DNA of 63,177 nt, counting the filler, from Octopus bimaculoides (lineage: Eukaryota), in assembly GCF_001194135.2 (NCBI RefSeq). It is 6 parts of 4 records of this genome, joined end to end, with 100 filler letters (N's around TTAATTAATTAA, not from the genome) between each part and the next. Parts side by side here need not be neighbours in the genome. Positions count along the whole stretch, not along the records: positions 26,495 to 42,908 come from NC_068990.1; 5 more parts are not named here. One strand, 5' to 3'. The position numbers were made by a program, and so were the translations under genes. The notes under the pieces were generated by a model. It searched no databases, was not told where the DNA came from, and saw only the letters and a list, made by a program, of their open reading frames with translations. Positions 26,723 to 38,333 of the stretch are shown in pieces (position 1 is the stretch's first letter; each line of letters opens with the position of its first letter).

Positions 26723-26932
26723 TATATAATAAATATATAACAAATGAAAGACAGATGATGGAATATACGAGAATATATTATTAATCACAACAATTGTTTC
26801 GACACATCTATCATCGACTCCTCTTGTGGGACACACAAAAACTAGTTCAGGAGTATCCGGTGGTGCAGACGTATCTTGTCGGGTGTAAATAAATAAAAAA
26901 AAATCTCGTTAAAATGTCTGTTTCATAATGTA

Positions 26933-26944
26933 ACTTACCGTTTT
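26933..26944 (-). promoter_or_regulatory. Consensus 5' splice donor (AAAACG|GTAAGT), candidate end of a non-coding first exon
   Basis: The plus strand reads acttaccgtttt. It sits at the edge of the CpG-rich region and faces the CpG-poor region. Motif evidence only. Confidence 0.3.
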
Positions 26945-27080
26945 GTAGAGAGAAAAACAGCCAGACGGAGGAAAATTCTTCGTATATATATATATAGAAG
27001 ATCCAAAAATAAAAATGCAGACGACAAAAAGAGAAATGAACACTTAATCCAGCGAGAAACGTATATATGGGGATGGAGAA

Positions 27081-27170
27081 AGAGCGAGGGCTCAGTTGAT
27101 AGAGCATCAGACGTTTTCTATATGCTAGGCTTAGAGGTATTGTATGTGTCACGGGTTCGAGTCGCTCGGC
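27081..27170 (+). pseudogene. tRNA-Lys(UUU)-like relic with A and B boxes
   Basis: gctcagttgatagagcatcagac matches the eukaryotic tRNA-Lys D-arm GCTCAGTCGGTAGAGCATCAGAC at 21/23 (from memory of the consensus). B-box gggttcgagtc at about 27153. Anticodon and T stems do not pair. Confidence 0.55.
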
Positions 27171-28323
27171 GGCTGTATGTTCCTCTCATGTCGGTGCTCT
27201 AGTATGACAACAGGCTCATACTTGAAAGTGTAACAGAGAAAATGGAAATTCACATATACATATTTATAAGTATATCCATATATAATTTTACTCAAACATT
27301 CACATATATACGTGTGTTTATATATATCCGACATTTGACCATTTTAAACAGAATTCATTTTGTATTTTATCGCGGGAGACAAACTTCGATTTCTGCCATG
27401 ATGATTCTGGCTGTATTCAAATTAGTCATTGTATTTCATTTTCGAGCGTTGAAGTAAATGTCATTTCTGGGGAAAACTAATAATGTGCCGCTGTTATGAA
27501 CGAATCGATAAATTTTTCGGTTTGGCACCAAATTGTTCTTGTTTTCATCCCGTTTCGGGACACTAGATTTCATCTACTTCCGTAGATTCATGTTAAACAA
27601 CGTCTTTGTTAGCTTTGAAGCTTCTTCAAAGGAAACTGCTCGGAAGCCCAGCTCAGGGTTGTTTGTGTTTCCTCGGATGTGTGTTTATATATATGTGATT
27701 TTGTATACGCGTGTTTGTGTGGGGTTTGCTATTAAATTGCACAGGGAGTGATTCAGTTGCGATAGGTTAGGTTCCAGGTGATGCCATCACTTTTTTAGTT
27801 TATCTCTACAGACACAAAAGTAGAACACAATCTTGAATTATAAACCTTTTAATAAGCTATGTAATATAATGGTCGTAAAAACGAAACACGGTGTCCCTAC
27901 AGGAAATTAATATGTGCGTAGCAGTTGCGAGGGATGGGTCTAATATGTAAATTAGTATGTAAATTAGTATATCCAGTAGTGTTATACCACTATATTCAGT
28001 GGCTATTTAAAAACTATGATATAAGATAGAAAAATATGTAGTGGGTATTTAGATATTGGGTCCGTGGATATGTGGTACTGGAGAAGGAGCTACTGTTCCT
28101 GAAATACGTATATACACCCACTACTTGTTTTTCTGTCTTTGATCGCATTGTTTACATAGACGTATTCGTATACCGAACGTCGTAACGTTCAATGCTGACT
28201 CTAACTTCTACAGAAAATGTGTAGAGATAAACAAGTGAAATAAATATATACATACGTGTATGTATGTATGTGTGTGTACATATGTGTATATTCATATACG
28301 TGATTACGTACATACACATATAC

Positions 28324-28337
<14 letters not shown>

Positions 28338-28408
<71 letters not shown>
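28338..28408. repeat. (TG)n microsatellite, one example of many
   Basis: Other tracts: (ATT)n about 7495-7537, CT-rich 29460-29930 and 36335-36640, (GAA)n 33225-33312, (GTT)/(GAT) 37165-37335, (TG)n 41590-41665, (AGT)n 43975-44035, (CTAT)n 46280-46356, (CTAC)n 52215-52900. Confidence 0.95.
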
Positions 28409-28409
<1 letters not shown>

Positions 28410-28449
28410 ACGTGGGAGGATCCTCTTATGCTATATTTCAACACACAAC

Positions 28450-28660
28450 AGGCGGCGAACTGGTAGAAACGTTAGCATGCCGGGCGAAATGCTTAGCGTT
28501 TTATTGTTTGTCTTTACGCTCTGAGTTCAAATTCCTCCGAAGTCGAATTTGCCTTTCATCCTTTCGAGGTCGATAAATCAAGTACCAGTTGCTTACTTGA
28601 GTCGATCTAATCGACTGGCCCCTACCCCCAAAATTTCCGGCCTTGTGGCTAGAGCAGAAA
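28450..28660 (+). mobile_element. SINE family B (tRNA head plus Meta/MESC-like core)
   Basis: ggcggcgaactggtagaaacgttagcatgccgggcgaaatgcttagc..gagttcaaattc..gcctttcatcctttcgaggtcgataaatcaagtaccag. Further copies at about 31480-31630(-), 36770-36950(+), 37000-37150(-), 43885-43960(+), 44037-44225(+) and 46745-46950(+). Confidence 0.8.
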
Positions 28661-31600
28661 AGTATATTTTGACACACATGTGATGTGATAATGATATGAA
28701 CATCAATTGTTTGACCTGGTATTAATCACTTTGGCGAAATATTATATTAACCATTTAGAATAGGACAGTCCCTTCTAATATATTTCGATAATTCTAACTA
28801 AAACCAAATCATTTTATCAATCTCTCGAGCTTCTAATTGACTCATAACAGAAAACGAAAACAACATTTTTAAAAACATCCACAAATTTATTACAAACCAA
28901 AATTATCAAGACGGGAAGTGATGTTTCTATAAAGGTCCGGAAAAATGTCCTTTGTTAATAATTAAACTCCGTGTTTTTACTTTTGACTCTATTCTTAAAA
29001 GCTCCCTGTGAATACTAAGCCGAGCGGAAACTCGGAAACTCGGAAACTTCGGTGTCAAAAGACTTAACTTATTGACACGAATGTTTTCTTGCATAGGCTC
29101 GTTGTTGTTTTTTTAAAACTTTTTCGTCTTGGCTAATTTATGTATAAACACACACGTACACACACATACACATACACCTTAATTTGCGTGTTTCTATATT
29201 TTTATACAGCATTATTTGGCAAACAATGGGAACAATTTCGGTCTCTTGATTCAACGAAACTATTTCTTACACCTTTTCATTTTTTTCATTGTTATCTTTT
29301 TCTTTCTTTCTTTCTATTATTTCGTTTGTTCTCTGATTTTTCATTCTATATTTGGTCCATTGTTTCTGTCTCTCTTGTCTTTCTTCAGTATTTGCTTGCT
29401 TCCTCTAATATTATATATATGTGTGTGTGTGTGTGTGTATGTGTGTCGCTTCCACTATGTCTCTCTAGTAGCTGTCGCCTCTCACTCTCTCTACCACTCT
29501 CTGTTTCTCCCTTGCTCTCTTTCACCTCTTCTCACTCTCTCACTATTTGATCTTTCGTTTTCTTCCTTCTCGCTCATCTACAACCCTCTCACCATCATCA
29601 TCTCTTTCTCTCTTTCTTCCTCTCTCTTTTTATCTGTCTCTCTCTCCATTTCCACTCAGACACTCTCTCTTTTCTCTCTTTCTCGCTATATTTTGTCCTT
29701 CTTCTCTCTACAATAATGTCTTACCTCCCTCTCCCTCTCCATCTATCTTCCCTCTCTCTTTCTCTCTCTCTTTCTTTCTTTCTCTCTTTCTATAATTTGT
29801 CCTTCCATCTCTACCACAGCATTTCCACCTCTCACTTGCCCTTTTACTCTTCTCTCCTCCTCCCTCACCCCTACCCTTCCCTCCTCTCTTTCTCTCACAC
29901 ACACACACTTTCCACAAATCTCAGGTAGTTTTTACCTAGCATTCTCCATTGTTTTCCTTTCTTCCTTTAGTCTTAGATGACGGAAAGCAGTTTAGAATCT
30001 TTTGTACGCAATTACAAATGGTTAAAGAATTGATTCTAAACTTCTTCCTGCACTGGAAACGGTTTTATTTACAGATTCGGAGACTTTTTCTCTTCTCTTT
30101 TTAGTCCTATTATATTCCCATTATGGATATTGCTGTTCTGTGTGGTTGTACTCATAGTTACTTCATGTGTATCAACCAACTATAGAATCGGTGTATATTT
30201 CTATGGTCATACGGAAATGTGTATTCATACATGTGCGTACGAATGTGTGTATGTGTATATGCGTTACTGAAAACGTTTTGGTGTGAGAGTCAGTTCAGAG
30301 GCGCATACACACACTCACGCACACAAACACACACATACAATATATTATTTTATTCTTCTTTTTCTTTTACTTGTTTCTGTTATTTGACTGCGGCCATGCT
30401 GGAGCACTGCCTTTAGTCGAACAAATCGACCCTCAAGACTTATTCTTTGTTAGCCTAGTACTTATTCTATCGGTCTCTTTTGCCAAACCGCTAAGTTACG
30501 GGGACGTAAACACACCAGCATCGGTTGTCAAGCGATGTTGGGGGTCAAACACACANNNNNNNNNNNNNNNNNNNNNNNNNNNNNNNNNNNNNNNNNNNNN
30601 NNNNNNNNNNNNNNNNNNNNNNNNNNNNNNNNNNNNNNNNNNNNNNNNNNNNNNNNNNNNNNNNNNNNNNNNNNNNNNNNNNNNNNNNNNNNNNNNNNNN
30701 NNNNNNNNNNNNNNNNNNNNNNNNNNNNNNNNNNNNNNNNNNNNNNNNNNNNNNNNNNNNNNNNNNNNNNNNNNNNNNNNNNNNNNNNNNNNNNNNNNNN
30801 NNNNNNNNNNNNNNNNNNNNNNNNNNNNNNNNNNNNNNNNNNNNNNNNNNNNNNNNNNNNNNNNNNNNNNNNNNNNNNNNNNNNNNNNNNNNNNNNNNNN
30901 NNNNNNNNNNNNNNNNNNNNNNNNNNNNNNNNNNNNNNNNNNNNNNNNNNNNNNNNNNNNNNNNNNNNNNNNNNNNNNNNNNNNNNNNNNNNNNNNNNNN
31001 NNNNNNNNNNNNNNNNNNNNNNNNNNNNNNNNNNNNNNNNNNNNNNNNNNNNNNNNNNNNNNNNNNNNNNNNNNNATATATATATTGGTAAGTAGCTTGC
31101 TTACGAACAACATGGTTCCGGGTTCAGTCCCACTGAAAATCAGTCAATGTGTTGGCTGAATTATATATAAAGCTATAAGCTTTATTCAGTTCGTTCAGAG
31201 TTGCCCCTTTTAGGTACATCTCATCGACAAGCGTCAATGAACTCGAAACATCGATACCTGAGATTCCCGAGAGAGGGCGACACGAAATGGATGTTTTCAC
31301 CCCTTTTTACCATAGAGAAATTTTTCTTCACGGTAACCGCAGTGTATTTGCCTTTAGCATTTGAAATATGTGACAAACATATTTCAACTAACCTAAATTG
31401 TGATTATACATATATATATACATACACACTAAACAAATGGAAATATTGGTTTTAGTTTTTGGTTCATGGTCAACAATTTGGGGGGGATGATAAATCAATT
31501 GCACCGACCCAGTACTTGACTGATGCTTATATTTTCGACTCTTCGGAGGAATTTGAATTCAGAGCGTAAAGAAAGACGAAATGTTCCAAACCATTTTATC

Positions 31601-31883
31601 TGGCGTGCTAACGGTTCTACCAGCCTGCCAGGTTAGGTTATAGTAAAGACAATTTTAAATTACAGCATAGGATTACTCAATAGATTTGATAGAGTACAAA
31701 TTTATTACGCTTCAACAAGATTAGTATTAAAACCCATATATGCCCATAAAAAATGAAGTCTTAAAATAGCCCTGTATTTAGATTAAACGTTATGGTACGC
31801 TTTCGCAATCTGGAAGAGAAGAACAGTATGCAACTGTTAGCTACGGGTGTTGACTCCCTACTGAACATTTCGTAAGCTCAGTC

Positions 31884-31915
<32 letters not shown>

Positions 31916-32597
31916 GAAAATATTCTAGTGGAGAAACACACGTGGGGAATATATATAGAGAAAAGATTTAAAAAAACACAGAAGTTTTGTTTTACAGGAT
32001 TTAAGAGTATATTAAAGCCATAAGAATAAAGATATATAATTTTGTACAAAATAAGGTTTTGTTCTTTCAGCATAATTAAAGTAAGGACCGGTTTCGCATT
32101 GTTCAACAAACTGAGAGTTGAAAGCGATAAATTACTGGGGAAAAAAATATTGCTAGGGGAGATAATTGTTCACTCATTTATTTTGCTGTAAAGAGAAGGT
32201 AAATCCGTAATTTTTTTTTCTTTTTGTCTTTTGCGTTATCTACTTTATTCTGTCTTATATCTTACATTAGATGGGGGTAAGACCTTTATTTTTACTTTAG
32301 GTTCATATTTAATTCTGGTGTGTATATATACATATAGCACCAGGGGTGGCGGTATGGTAAGAAGCTGTGTCCAGCCCGCAGTTTCTTTGTTTGTCTGTCC
32401 TTGTTCGTCCTCTCTATGTAAGGCCTTAATGGCCAAAATTTTGAAATAAAGAAGCTTGCTTACCGACCACACGTTTCCGGGTTCAGTCAGACTGTGTGAC
32501 ACATTGAGCAAGTGTCTTTTAATATAGCCTCGGGCCGACTATGGTTTTGTGAGTGGATTCGGTGAACAGAAACTGAAAGAAACCCGTTATTCTTATG

Positions 32598-32636
<39 letters not shown>

Positions 32637-33938
32637 NNNNNNNNNNNNNNNNNNNNNNNNNNNNNNNNNNNNNNNNNNNNNNNNNNNNNNNNNNNNNNNN
32701 NNNNNNNNNNNNNNNNNNNNNNNNNNNNNNNNNNNNNNNNNNNNNNNNNNNNNNNNNNNNNNNNNNNNNNNNNNNNNNNNNNNNNNNNNNNNNNNNNNNN
32801 NNNNNNNNNNNNNNNNNNNNNNNNNNNNNNNNNNNNNNNNNNNNNNNNNNNNNNNNNNNNNNNNNNNNNNNNNNNNNNNNNNNNNNNNNNNNNNNNNNNN
32901 NNNNNNNNNNNNNNNNNNNNNNNNNNNNNNNNNNNNNNNNNNNNNNNNNNNNNNNNNNNNNNNNNNNNNNNNNNNNNNNNNNNNNNNNNNNNNNNNNNNN
33001 NNNNNNNNNNNNNNNNNNNNNNNNNNNNNNNNNNNNNNNNNNNNNNNNNNNNNNNNNNNNNNNNNNNNNNNNNNNNNNNNNNNNNNNNNNNNNNNNNNNN
33101 NNNNNNNNNNNNNNNNNNNNNNNNNNNNNNNNNNNNNNNNNNNNNNNNNNNNNNNNNNNNNNNNNNNNNNNNNNNNNNNNNNNNNNNNNNNNNNNNNNNN
33201 NNNNNNNNNNNNNNNNNNNNNNNNGAAGAAGAAGAAGAAGAAGAAGAAGAAGAAGAAGAAGAAGAAGAAGAAGAAGAAGAAGAAGAAGAAGAAGAAGAAG
33301 AAGAAGAAGAAGAACGCCGAGGAGAAGGAGGGGTTGATGACGGTGGTGGTGGTGGTGGTGGTGACGACGAGAATGATCATGATCAGGATGAAGAAAAGAA
33401 GAAGACAAAATGAATAAAGAAAACTGAAGAGGCAGAAGAGAAGAAGCAGTGAGGGATGTAGAAGGAAGGAGAAGATGCAGACAGTGAGAAAGAAAAAAAA
33501 AAACGAAATCAGGGCTAAAGAGGAAGAAGAAAAGAAACAGAAGAGAAAAATTGACAGGAAACTAAACAAGGGAAGATCTCCGTCATAGATGAAGAAAATA
33601 ACTGTGGACAAAGAGATAGTGGTTGTGATGATGGCGGGGAGAACAAGGAAAGACAATAAGACGGGGACGAAGAAGAATAAATAGGGGAACACATGACTAA
33701 AGAATACAGGAAACCTTTTTCTTTAAAGTATTGTTTGTGTGACGCACAAACACACTTACACTCAAACATACATATACACACCCCAACACATATACATACA
33801 CGTATTTATGTGTTTACGCGTGTATGTAGTGCAAGCGTAACTCAGTGTTTTAGTTGATTACTTTTTAAACTTTGTGGATCAGAGTTTGTCTTGAAGTACG
33901 CTAATGCATGTTTCTCTATGTCTATATATATCTACACG

Positions 33939-34444
33939 AGTGGAAGCGCACTGGCCCAGTGGTTAGGGCAGTGGACTCGCGGTCATAGGATCGCGGTTTC
34001 GATTCTCAGACCGGGCGTTGTGAATGTTTATTGAGCGAAAACACCTAAAAGCTCCACGAGACTCCGGCAGGGGATGGTGGCGAACCCTGCTGTACTTTTC
34101 CACCACAACTTTCTCTCACTCTTTCTTCCTGTTTCTGTTGTACCTGTATTTCAAAGGGTCAGCCTTGTCACACTGTGTCACGCTGAATATCCCCGAGAAN
34201 NNNNNNNNNNNNNNNNNNNNNNNNNNNNNNNNNNNNNNNNNNNNNNNNNNNNNNNNNNNNNNNNNNNNNNNNNNNNNNNNNNNNNNNNNNNNNNNNNNNN
34301 NNNNNNNNNNNNNNNNNNNNNNNNNNNCACGTGTCTGTGGAGTGCTCAGTCACTTGCACGTTAATTTCACGAGCAGGCTGTTCTGTTGATTAGATCAACT
34401 GTAACCCTCGACGTCGTAAGCGACGGAGTGCCAACAACAACAAC
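33939..34444 (+). mobile_element. Full-length SINE family C with (CAA)n tail and 13-bp TSD (contains a gap)
   Basis: A-box tggcccagtggttagg, B-box ggtttcgattc. Exact TSD atatatctacacg at 33926-33938 and 34445-34457. Confidence 0.9.
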
Positions 34445-34523
34445 ATATATCTACACGCACTCACATACAGTGCCCATAGAGGTCCTAGCTATAAACAAAG
34501 ATAAGCCATAAAATAAACTTATA

Positions 34524-34609
34524 GTTCAAGGGCATATGGCGTAGGGGTTAAGAGCGTGGGATACTAACCCCAAGTTTCCGAGTTCGATTCCATGCAGTGA
34601 CCTGAACAC

Positions 34610-34641
<32 letters not shown>

Positions 34642-34775
34642 TCGAAAAATATCTTAGAACCCAGGTTCGAAATTTCCCCAAGACACCTGAAGAAGGCTGG
34701 AGGGTATATCAGCCGAAATATTGTGTTAACAAGAAACAAGATGAGGAGAAATATCCGTCGAATGTAAACAATGTA
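34524..34775 (+). mobile_element. tRNA-headed SINE-like unit: tRNA head, (AAT)n, hammerhead ribozyme motif, A-rich end
   Basis: A-box tggcgtagggg, B-box gagttcgattcc, (AAT)n at 34610-34639, hammerhead at 34682-34727. Imperfect flanking repeat aataaa(c/t)ttata at 34512-34523 and 34776-34787. Confidence 0.65.
34682..34727 (+). ncRNA. Minimal type I hammerhead ribozyme motif
   Basis: Stem I GACAC/GUGUU; core CUGAAGA plus extra A; stem II GGCUG/CAGCC; GAAA; palindromic stem III AAUAUU; predicted AUU cleavage triplet. Confidence 0.7.
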
Positions 34776-34913
34776 AATAAATTTATATTAAGATGGAAAA
34801 TAATGTTTGTTTTTTTATTCTTCCATTATATTTATATTCGAAAAGCTTTCTCCAGCTTTTTAGATTGTGAAGTGTTTGACTAGATTTTCGTACTTTCTTA
34901 CATCTGCTTCTAT

Positions 34914-35294
34914 CGTAGATACTCCGTCGGTTACGACGACGAGGGTTTCAGTTGATCCGATCAACGGAACAGCATGCTCGTGAAATTAACGTGTAAGTGG
35001 CTGAGAACTCCACAGACGCGTGTACTCTTAACGTAGTTCTCGGGAAGATTCAGCCTGACACAGAGTGCAACAAAGCTGGCCCCTTCGAAATACCGGTAGA
35101 ACAGAAAGAAAAAGCGAGAGAAAGTTGTTGTGAAAGAGTACAACAGGGTTCGCCACTACCCACTACCGGAGCCTCGTGGAGCTTTTAGGTGTTTTCGCTC
35201 AATAAATACTCACAACGCCCGGTCGGGGAATCGAAACCTCGATCCTTCGACTGCGAGTCCACTGCCCTAACCACTGGGCCATTGCATCTCCACC
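34914..35294 (-). mobile_element. Full-length SINE family C with 10-bp TSD
   Basis: Reverse complement of the 33939 subfamily (shared gagcgaaaacacctaaaagctccacgag). TSD ctgcttctat at 34904-34913 and 35295-35304. Further family C copies at about 44310-44630(+), 49135-49445(+) and 51345-51610(-). Confidence 0.9.
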
Positions 35295-35439
35295 CTGCTT
35301 CTATGCTTAGGGGGAGATAAAGCATTCTAAATATTATTTAGCAAGTAATTTCTTTTGTGTCGTAAGCCATGTCGTAAATAGCAATCAACGAAAGAAAGAA
35401 GTATATTAATTAATTTAGATGCTAATAATATATAAATCT

Positions 35440-36141
35440 GGATCTATTTTAAAACGGGGGCGCCAGTTTTCATTTATGTTTTATGTAGTGTTTTTGGTAC
35501 GGAANNNNNNNNNNNNNNNNNNNNNNNNNNNNNNNNNNNNNNNNNNNNNNNNNNNNNNNNNNNNNNNNNNNNNNNNNNNNNNNNNNNNNNNNNNNNNNNN
35601 NNNNNNNNNNNNNNNNNNNNNNNNNNNNNNNNNNNNNNNNNNNNNNNNNNNNNNNNNNNNNNNNNNNNNNNNNNNNNNNNNNNNNNNNNNNNNNNNNNNN
35701 NNNNNNNNNNNNNNNNNNNNNNNNNNNNNNNNNNNNNNNNNNNNNNNNNNNNNNNNNNNNNNNNNNNNNNNNNNNNNNNNNNNNNNNNNNNNNNNNNNNN
35801 NNNNNNNNNNNNNTAGATACGCACAGCGTAATTTATTATATAAACAATATATGCATATAAATTACGATTAAACCGGATGAAATATGTCACAGGGAATAAC
35901 ATTTTTTATGACCGCCCAGCAGTAACTCTTATTCAGCTGAATAGACGTCAGTGATTGGTTGAAATTACAGAAATACGACAACTTTAACATGGAATAACTT
36001 GCGAATTCCTTTTTTTTTTTGTTAAGAAGACTAAGAGTAAAAGATGTTTTATATGACACATTCTACCAGTGTCCCAAGTTTCAAAGTGTTTCGTTAGTGT
36101 TTCGTTTAGAAAATACTGGCGCCCCGTTTTAAAATAGATCC
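35440..36141. mobile_element. Non-autonomous TIR element with Merlin-type ends (contains a gap)
   Basis: TIRs ggatctattttaaaacggggg(c)gccagt and actggcgccccgttttaaaatagatcc. Exact 8-bp TSD ataaatct at 35432-35439 and 36142-36149. Confidence 0.85.
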
Positions 36142-36338
36142 ATAAATCTTTTTTACATTCATGTCTTTATGACTAATTTTTCTAACTGAATATGACGTGG
36201 TTTGGCTGAGGAATGTCAATACCTTTGCCTCTGACAGACATGGGTTTCCAGTCTACAAAGACCATCTACAAACAGTTTCGTGGTAATTACTTCAGCAAGT
36301 GGCAACAACTGAGATACGTTTCGCTAGCTTACACTACG

Positions 36339-36389
<51 letters not shown>

Positions 36390-36437
36390 CTTTATGTCTC
36401 TCCCTCTGTCGCTTTCTTTATTTCTCTCCCTCTCTCT

Positions 36438-36493
<56 letters not shown>

Positions 36494-37499
36494 ATGTCTC
36501 TCCCTCTGTCGCTTTCTTTATTTCTCTCCCTCTCTCTCCTTCTCTCTCTCTTTCTCCCTTTATCTCTCTCCCTTTATCTCTCTCTCTCTCTCTTTATCTC
36601 TCTCTCTTTAACTCTCTCCCTTTAACTCTCTCTCTCTCTCCCCTTCCCTTTCTGCTATTTATTCAAGTTCATGTCTATAACCCTTGCCTGCCAGTTATAA
36701 TATCGATGTGTTTGAGTAATATTCGTCTTCTATAAGAGCGCGGAAGTCTCCAAAGTATCGTCAGAAGGGTGTCGTAAGCTCGTCGGACAAAATGCTTTTC
36801 AGCATTTCTTCCGGCGTTTTACCTTCTAAGTTCAAATCCTGTCGAGATACACTTTGCTTTTCATTCTTTCAGGGACGATAAGATAAAGTACCAGTCACAT
36901 GCTTATGTCAGTGGCATCGGTAACCTTCTCCCTGAACTTGTGACTAAGTTACAGGTAAATAATGATAATCTTTTTCTACTATAGGCAGAGGGAATGATAG
37001 GTTCTGAGGAGAGAGCTAATCGATTACATCAACCACGGTGCTCGAGTGACATTTTATTGACCCCGAAAGATAAAAGACAAAGTTGACTTTGACGGTATTT
37101 GAACTCGGAACGTATTGAGTTGGGGGAAATGAGCGCTAACTATTCCGGCAGCTCGCTGCGATGTGGCTGTGGTCGTTGTTGTTGTTGTTGTTGTTGTCGT
37201 CGTCGTTGATGATAATACTGTTGTTGTTGTTGTTGTTGACGACGACTACGACGACGATGATGATGATGACGATGATAATGATGATGATGATGATGATGAT
37301 GATGTTGATGATAATGATGATGATGACGATGATTTCATGAGATAATTGCTCTCTTGAGATATGGAGCAGGAGTGCTACGACGGCAAACAGAGGAATTCCA
37401 ATCCTTGGAAAAAAAAAAAAAAACTACTAACAAACCATTATGCGTGCCACCCGAAAAAAGGACGTTGAAAGCTAACCCTTACGAGAAAGGAAACTGGGC

Positions 37500-37800
37500 A
37501 CGTACTGATATGTTGTGAGGATTGTATTCAGACAGAGGATAACAATATTTATTGGTGTATAGAGAATGAAAATGAAGCGCAAGTAAGAGAAGCAAGTCTG
37601 TTGATACAGAAAGCAATTAGGGTGAGATTACTTACAAAATAAAGACAGAAATGTTATTTCGTAAGACGAATAATGATATTGTGCTCGGATAATAACTTTA
37701 TAAAGAACGAAGAAAACGTTGCAACTATTCCAAACGGAAGTGCAAAATGCCGAACTGTCACTTCAATTGATCACGATGCAAACTGAACAGTCTGCATCAC
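37500..37800 (+). mobile_element. Possible decayed LINE apurinic-endonuclease fragment (RTE-like)
   Basis: Frames read NIYWCIENENEAQVREASLLIQKAIRVRLL and NNFIKNEENVATIPNG, loosely like APE motifs (YWSG..REAGVG..; TIPKGD). Confidence 0.3.
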
Positions 37801-38255
37801 AGTAAGTGTGTTAAAGCAAAAAGAGTAAATTCACAACAATGAGTCCACGTATATTTAAGGCCACCTGGTAGAGTCCATAGAGTGTCCTCTCGATGCGCGA
37901 GTGAAAAAAATCTCATGATAGAATCGTGTCCACTAATTGGACGACACTTGATAAACAATGTTTTGTGTCGAGATAACTGGAGTTGTTCGAAGCAAGGAGA
38001 GTAAATAATTGGAAGTATAAGAAGGATGCACGCGAGATGCCGAGATATAGTTCAACGACCAATAAAATATCTATTACTTTCGAATCACGCTTTTCGTCAT
38101 TAATGTTTGCCTTGGTGATGGATTACGTCAGTTCTTCGTCATTGATGTTTACCTTAGTGATGCATTGTGTCAATCGTTTTACAAGTAAAGATCTCTTCTC
38201 TATATCTTTATAACTTCTGGTTGAGTTACTTCAGTCCTATATAAACTTTTATTAC

Positions 38256-38333
<78 letters not shown>

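Noticed and set aside
29020-29052. ggaaactc x3 with a small hairpin
   Set aside because: Short slippage duplication with no supporting context.
31180-31235. Minus-strand gtcgatgag..ctc hammerhead-like string
   Set aside because: GAAA core and stem III are absent.
38093-38166. 42-bp-period tandem duplication
   Set aside because: Two copies only and no open frame of note.
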